A stretch of DNA of 57,929 nucleotides from Verrucomicrobiota bacterium (lineage in GTDB: Bacteria > Verrucomicrobiota > Verrucomicrobiia > Limisphaerales > UBA1096). Where the stretch lies: the NCBI GenBank assembly GCA_036166355.1, contig JAYZHR010000147.1:1-57929 (forward strand), given 5' to 3'. Shown one piece after another: positions 53,407 to 57,929 of this stretch. A program made the translations under genes and the position numbers. Positions within the stretch are counted from its first letter, which is position 1. Every line of letters starts with the position of its first letter. The notes below the pieces were generated by a model, which saw nothing but the letters and a program-made list of their open reading frames with translations, was not told the DNA's origin and made no database searches.

Positions 53407-54897
53407 ATGTTTCGGCAGCTCCTCCTAAGCCTGTTTTTCGTCACGATGACGTTCGCAGCTAATCCGAATGTTATCCTTATTTATGTAGACGATATGGGTT
53501 ATGGCGATGCGTCTTGTCTGAACCCGCAGGCCAAGTTCCAAACGCCGAACATCGATCGCTTAGCCAAGGAGGGGATGACTTTCACCGACGGCCACAGTCC
53601 AGACACGGTTTGCACGCCGTCGAGGTATGGCTTGTTGACCGGCCGTTACTCTTGGCGAACGACGATGAAGCGGGGAGTGATGGGCGCGGAAGGGAAATGT
53701 CTCATTGCTGATGGGCGAATGACACTTGCCTCGTTTTTTGGAGATAATGGATACTCTACTGCAATGGTTGGTAAGTGGCATTTAGGAATGGATTTTCCTG
53801 GTAATAAAGAAAATCGAAATTGGTCAAACCCAACGGTTGATATGCCACTTGATAAGGGTTTTGATTATTTCTGGGGTATTCCTGCATCTATGAACTATGG
53901 TGTGCTTGCCTGGTTTGAAGGCCGCATGGCAAAAGCGCCACCAACTCTGTACACACGGAAGAAGCCGAACCAAATCGCGATCGACGATTACCGGATTAAG
54001 CCGCCGTATCAGGCTAGGCCGGTGAAACCTAACGACCTAGAGGTGGCACCTGATTTTGTCGATATCGACTGCCTCGATAGATTCACTGAACAGGCGATAA
54101 AGTGGCTCGACGGTCAGGCGGCTGCTGCTCGGAGTGGTAAGCCGTTCATGCTGTACCTTTCGCATACCTCACCCCACAAGCCGGTGATCCCGCTAAAGCG
54201 ATTTAGAGGGATGGGCAGTGCTGGGGCATACGGCCAGTTCATGATGGAGACAGACTGGCATGTAGGCCGAGTGCTTGATTGGCTTGATAAGAATAAATTA
54301 ACGGATAACACAATTGTAATATTCACCAGTGACAATGGACCAGAGAATACTTGGCGTAAGCGTATTGAAAAATTTCAACACTATAGCAATGGAGTTTATA
54401 GAGAAGGCAAGCGTTCGGTTTATGAGGGAGGTCACCGTGTGCCTTTTCTTGTTCGTTGGCCGGATAAAGTGAAAGCTGGAAGCAAGTGGGGCTATCCGGT
54501 TTGCCAGACAGATTTATTAGCTACCTTCGCTGAGATGCTCGATAAAAAACTTCCTGATAATGCCGGGGAAGACAGTGTTAGTTTTTATCGCCCGTTGACT
54601 GGAAAGCCTACTCCTAAGCGTTTAGCTATGATTCATCATGGCATGCAGGGTAGATATGCTGTGCGAGAAGGAAAGTGGAAATTGATCATGGAGAGTAGAA
54701 AGTTAGATGAGCGTGAGCTTTATGATCTCTCAATTGATCCCAGTGAAACTAAAAACGTCATCAATAGTCATCCAGATGTGGTTGACTATTTAGTTAAAAA
54801 AATTAACGAGATTATCATAAGAGGAAGGACTACTCCTGGTCTGTTACAAAAAAATGACACCCCATTGTGGAAAGATCTTGTTTGGATGGTGAATTAA
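53407..54897 (+). CDS. Exported sulfatase (arylsulfatase A-like)
   Basis: The 496-aa ORF has a signal peptide and PNVILIYVDDMGYGD. The FGly motif is C-T-P-S-R in VCTPSRYGLLTG, and GKWHLG is present. Confidence 0.9.
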   Translation: MFRQLLLSLFFVTMTFAANPNVILIYVDDMGYGDASCLNPQAKFQTPNIDRLAKEGMTFTDGHSPDTVCTPSRYGLLTGRYSWRTTMKRGVMGAEGKCLIADGRMTLASFFGDNGYSTAMVGKWHLGMDFPGNKENRNWSNPTVDMPLDKGFDYFWGIPASMNYGVLAWFEGRMAKAPPTLYTRKKPNQIAIDDYRIKPPYQARPVKPNDLEVAPDFVDIDCLDRFTEQAIKWLDGQAAAARSGKPFMLYLSHTSPHKPVIPLKRFRGMGSAGAYGQFMMETDWHVGRVLDWLDKNKLTDNTIVIFTSDNGPENTWRKRIEKFQHYSNGVYREGKRSVYEGGHRVPFLVRWPDKVKAGSKWGYPVCQTDLLATFAEMLDKKLPDNAGEDSVSFYRPLTGKPTPKRLAMIHHGMQGRYAVREGKWKLIMESRKLDERELYDLSIDPSETKNVINSHPDVVDYLVKKINEIIIRGRTTPGLLQKNDTPLWKDLVWMVN

Positions 54898-55217
54898 TCA
54901 ATAAAGGAACAAATATATTCGCAAGTGCCTTTTTTTATTTCTATTTCGAATGAACTTTTAGCCGGAACATTAAAATACTGTCCTTCAGAATAATTTTTAA
55001 TTTCTTCATTACCTTTAAGTTTTACTGAACAACTCCCAGTAATAATTTCCATGTGTTCTGCTTTATCTGTATTGAAGTGAAATTGACCGGGAAAAATAAT
55101 ACCGAGTGTTTTTTTGCTTCCGTCCTGAAGAACGATACTATGACTAATCACTTTGCCTTCAAAATATATATTAGCTTTTGTTGTTATAGTTGCATTTTCA
55201 AATTTAATGTTTTTCAT
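54894..55217 (-). CDS. ppnP: Pyrimidine/purine nucleoside phosphorylase (DUF1255, YaiE-like cupin)
   Basis: The 107-aa ORF is collinear with my recollection of E. coli PpnP. Shared segments are ANIYFEGKV.S, E.M.IISG and YFNVPA.S.F.... Confidence 0.8.
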   Translation of the reverse strand: MKNIKFENATITTKANIYFEGKVISHSIVLQDGSKKTLGIIFPGQFHFNTDKAEHMEIITGSCSVKLKGNEEIKNYSEGQYFNVPAKSSFEIEIKKGTCEYICSFID

Positions 55218-55316
55218 GCGGGCGAAATTTTTATTTTAATTAATAGGATGTCAAGTCAGGTTGAGATCCTAGTTGACGTAACTTCAATGAGGGCGTTTCA
55301 TTTTGCAGTTTAATAT

Positions 55317-57197
55317 ATGAATCGTACCATTGTTATAGGGATGTTTCTTGGGTGGTTTAATTTCGCTCAACCTGCAGATCAAGAACTCTTTAATACTCAG
55401 AAATTATCTTCGCCGTTACTAAATCCTGCTGAAGCATTGAAGGGGATATCTGTTCCTGATGGGTTTTCAGTGCAGTTAAGTGCTGCAGAACCGGATGTGC
55501 AGCAGCCTATTGCGATGTCATGGGATAGCCGCGGGAGATTGTGGGTTGCCGAATGTTATACATATGCTGAATCTAAAATAAACTTCGACACTCGAATGAA
55601 GGATCGCATTCTCATTTTTGATGATACAGATAATGATGGGGTCTTTGACCAAAGAAAAGTATTTTGGGATCAAGGCTCGCATATTGCTGGTATTGAGGTG
55701 GGTTTTGGGGGTGTTTGGGTGGCTGCGGCTCCTGATATATTGTTTTTACCAGATCGAAATGAAGATGATATTTTAGATGGGGAGCCTGAGGTTGTGTTAA
55801 ATGGTTTTGATAGTGATCGCGTGAGACATAATATTGTTAATGGATTACGTTGGGGGCCTGACGGTTGGCTTTATGGAAGACATGGTATTTTGGCTACATC
55901 TAACATCGGAAAACCAGATGATTCCAATGCAGACCGGGTAAAGATGAATTGTGGAATTTTTCGTTATCATCCTGTTAAGAAAACATTCGATATAGTTTGC
56001 GAAGGGACAACTAATCCATGGGGTCATGATTGGGACGAACATGGTCAGTTATTTTTTATTAACACCGTAATAGGCCACCTTTGGCATGTTGTTCCCGGTG
56101 CAAAATATGAACGAATGTATGGTAATCATTTTGATAAATATTTATACGAGTTGATTCCTCAGACTGCTGATCATTTTCATTGGGATGTGGGCAATGAAGA
56201 GTGGGCTGATCTTAAGAAGAATGGCATGTCTTCGGCTACTGATGCAGCTGGAGGCGGACATGCTCATAGTGGGTTAATGATATACTCGGGGGATAATTGG
56301 CCTAAGGAATATCGTGGTAATGTATTTACTTTAAATCTACATGGGCGTCGGATTAATCAAGAAAAGTTGCAGCGTTTAAGTGCGGGGTATATTGGTAAGC
56401 ATTTAAATGATTTCATGCGTACTCAGGATGTTTGGTTTCGTGGGATAGAATTGAGCTGTGGTCCGGATGGTGCGGTTTATGTACTTGATTGGTCTGATAT
56501 TGGCGAGTGCCATGAGAGTGATGGGGTTCATCGAACAAGCGGACGTATTTTCAGGATTTCGTATGGTAAGCCTAAGCCTCTAGCTGAGCCACTCAATAAT
56601 CTAGACTCTTTGCAGCTGGCTAATCTTCAAACTCATCCTAACGAGTGGCATTCGAGAATAGCCCGGAGATTATTGCAAGAAAGGGCTATGGCTGGAGATG
56701 ATATGAGTCTTGCTAAAACAACATTGCATCAGATTTATCGAGAAACCACGAATTTGGAGCAGCACCGTTTACGTGCCTTGTGGGCACTATTTAGTATAGA
56801 AGATTTAGAAGAGGATTGGTTACTACAGCAATTGCATGATGAAAATGAACATATACGTGTTTGGTCGTTAAAGTTTCTAACGGATTCAGGTGAAGTCTCA
56901 AATAAGTCACTTACTAACTTTGTTCGTTTAGCTAAAAGTGATTCTTCTGGATTGGTTCAAGTTCATTTGGCTTCTGTATTGCGCTTATTGCCGTTGTCTA
57001 TGCGTTGGGAATTAGCAACAGAATTAGCATCGAAAAATACCTTTGCTGAGGATCCAGTGCTCCCTCTAATGATATGGTATGGGATTAGTCCTTCTGTTGG
57101 ACAAGATCGTGTTGGTGCTATTGAATTTATATCTAAATGTAAAATTCCGAAACTTCGAACATTCGTTGCCCGAAGACTTGCGGGTGGGACTGACTAG
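55317..57197 (+). CDS. PVC-type 'membrane-bound dehydrogenase' beta-propeller domain protein with HEAT repeats (no cytochrome c module)
   Basis: The 626-aa ORF has a signal peptide. It has LSAAEPDVQQPIAMSWDSRGRLWVAE, typical of the Pirellula/Verrucomicrobium N-terminal dehydrogenase-like domain. The C-terminal third carries HEAT-like repeats (EHIRVWSLKFL, GLVQVHLASVLRLL). Confidence 0.7.
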   Translation: MNRTIVIGMFLGWFNFAQPADQELFNTQKLSSPLLNPAEALKGISVPDGFSVQLSAAEPDVQQPIAMSWDSRGRLWVAECYTYAESKINFDTRMKDRILIFDDTDNDGVFDQRKVFWDQGSHIAGIEVGFGGVWVAAAPDILFLPDRNEDDILDGEPEVVLNGFDSDRVRHNIVNGLRWGPDGWLYGRHGILATSNIGKPDDSNADRVKMNCGIFRYHPVKKTFDIVCEGTTNPWGHDWDEHGQLFFINTVIGHLWHVVPGAKYERMYGNHFDKYLYELIPQTADHFHWDVGNEEWADLKKNGMSSATDAAGGGHAHSGLMIYSGDNWPKEYRGNVFTLNLHGRRINQEKLQRLSAGYIGKHLNDFMRTQDVWFRGIELSCGPDGAVYVLDWSDIGECHESDGVHRTSGRIFRISYGKPKPLAEPLNNLDSLQLANLQTHPNEWHSRIARRLLQERAMAGDDMSLAKTTLHQIYRETTNLEQHRLRALWALFSIEDLEEDWLLQQLHDENEHIRVWSLKFLTDSGEVSNKSLTNFVRLAKSDSSGLVQVHLASVLRLLPLSMRWELATELASKNTFAEDPVLPLMIWYGISPSVGQDRVGAIEFISKCKIPKLRTFVARRLAGGTD

Positions 57198-57208
57198 TAG
57201 TAGGGACG

Positions 57209-57243
57209 AAAAAAATGCACTGGAATACCCAGTGCATTTTAAT
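57209..57243. terminator. Bidirectional intrinsic terminator between convergent genes
   Basis: ATGCACTGG (57215..57223) pairs perfectly with CCAGTGCAT (57229..57237) around an AATAC loop. The stem is flanked by an A-run on the left and a T-run on the right. Confidence 0.65.
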
Positions 57244-57259
57244 TTAGATAATTTTAAAT

Positions 57260-57928
57260 TTATTCGACTACTAAAGTGCCCCACATAGAGAAGCCGTGTC
57301 CAGGATAGGTGCAGACGTACTCGTATTTACCTGGCACAGTTGGAGCCTTAAAGTAGAGCTTGTAAGTGTTTCCAGTCATTACTAATGGTGTGGCGGCAAT
57401 GACCTTGTCGCTCTCAGGTACGAAGCTGTTGATCATCCCGGCGGCACCCATGCCGGCAGCCTTTGTAACAATATCCACACGCGATCCGGGTTCGACGATA
57501 AGCAAGTTATGCATCATTGGCATTGGGTCGTTATTGGTGAAAGCGAGTTCCACGCCGGCACCGGTTTTGACTTTCAGCTCTGCCTTGTCGAATTTCATCG
57601 GAGGTATCACGCCTATTTCTAACTTTACGTCGATTTTGAATGGCGGGCCTTCGTTGACTGGTGCTTTCTGAATTTTTTCGATTTCAGGCAATAGCTCTTT
57701 TGGCAGGTTTGCGAGCGCTTCTTTTCGGAAGTTGTTCAGAAAGCCTCCGAAGCTAGCCCCACCTTTGAAACTTTCGGCTTTGCGATACCAGCGGAAGTAC
57801 TCAAGACGTTGCTTATCCGTCCAATGTTTTTTCAGATTGCGTAATTCCTTGGCATAATGAATCTGATCGCGTTGTGGAGAGGATGAGGCTGTTGCAGCAA
57901 ATGCACGAGCATAGCCTGCATTTCGATT
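57260..57928 (-). CDS. C-terminal part of a larger protein ending in an azurin/plastocyanin-like cupredoxin domain; continues beyond the right edge
   Basis: The track starts this ORF at a TTG (57691), but the frame stays open to the window end. My translation upstream reads ...NRNAGYARAFAATASSSPQRDQIHYAKELRNLKKHWTDKQRLEYFRWYRKAESFKGG.... The type-1 copper ligands are H in MMHNLLIV and C, H and M in YVCTYPGHGFSMWG. Confidence 0.8.
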   Translation of the reverse strand, partial: NRNAGYARAFAATASSSPQRDQIHYAKELRNLKKHWTDKQRLEYFRWYRKAESFKGGASFGGFLNNFRKEALANLPKELLPEIEKIQKAPVNEGPPFKIDVKLEIGVIPPMKFDKAELKVKTGAGVELAFTNNDPMPMMHNLLIVEPGSRVDIVTKAAGMGAAGMINSFVPESDKVIAATPLVMTGNTYKLYFKAPTVPGKYEYVCTYPGHGFSMWGTLVVE

Positions 57929-57929
57929 T

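Noticed and set aside
3454-54897. Four Cys-type sulfatases but no formylglycine-generating enzyme or anaerobic sulfatase-maturase gene in the window
   Set aside because: Maturase genes are usually encoded elsewhere and serve many sulfatases, so their absence from a 58-kb window is uninformative.
55053-55313. 86-aa + strand ORF
   Set aside because: It is antisense to ppnP, whose frame matches the conserved DUF1255/PpnP sequence.
1-57929. Search for CRISPR arrays, tRNA/rRNA genes, transposases, integrases, toxin-antitoxin pairs or known defence-system genes
   Set aside because: I saw no regularly spaced direct repeats, no cloverleaf-like intergenic sequences, and no ORF with recognisable transposase, integrase, recombinase or defence motifs. 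The intergenic regions are short (mostly under 220 nt). Absence is judged by eye only.

Overview
This 57.9-kb chromosomal segment most resembles a low-GC, probably marine, PVC-superphylum bacterium (Verrucomicrobiota, Lentisphaerota or Planctomycetota-like). That placement rests on four Cys-type formylglycine sulfatases, Tat-signal TIM-barrel proteins, and the PVC-typical gene sets DUF1592+DUF1552, DUF1501+DUF1549/DUF1553 and cytochrome-c/WD40. Housekeeping content: aceE plus the 5' part of aceF, an unusually long (1566 aa) PFOR-like 2-oxoacid oxidoreductase followed by an aldehyde dehydrogenase, a futalosine-route menaquinone operon (UbiX/MqnL, MqnP, radical-SAM MqnE/C, MqnA), tcdA, a bifunctional nuclease, holA, scpA and ppnP. 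Accessory content: an exported ankyrin-repeat protein, an exported eukaryote-like PPP phosphatase, a CotH-family kinase, two exported beta-propellers, and a Wzx-like flippase cut by a single in-frame TAA. I recognised no rRNA, tRNA, CRISPR array, transposase or integrase. Best leads: (1) a ten-gene, translationally coupled operon at 28.7-37.2 kb, running glutathione peroxidase, Cys-rich miniprotein, acyl desaturase, FAD oxidoreductase, DUF1365, CFA-synthase-like methylase, membrane proteins, second methylase and exported propeller, which looks like an extended, uncharacterised furan/methyl fatty-acid pathway; (2) a promoter plus alternative-hairpin terminator leader, or a roughly 70-nt sRNA, upstream of tcdA; (3) a roughly 10-kb high-GC block (44.45-54.29 kb) whose edges lie inside ORFs; (4) a tail-anchored, C-terminally extended ScpA coupled to the PPP phosphatase; (5) the expanded PFOR. 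All family calls come from reading motifs by eye. No database search or computation was run, and the GC figures are hand counts of sampled 60-nt lines.
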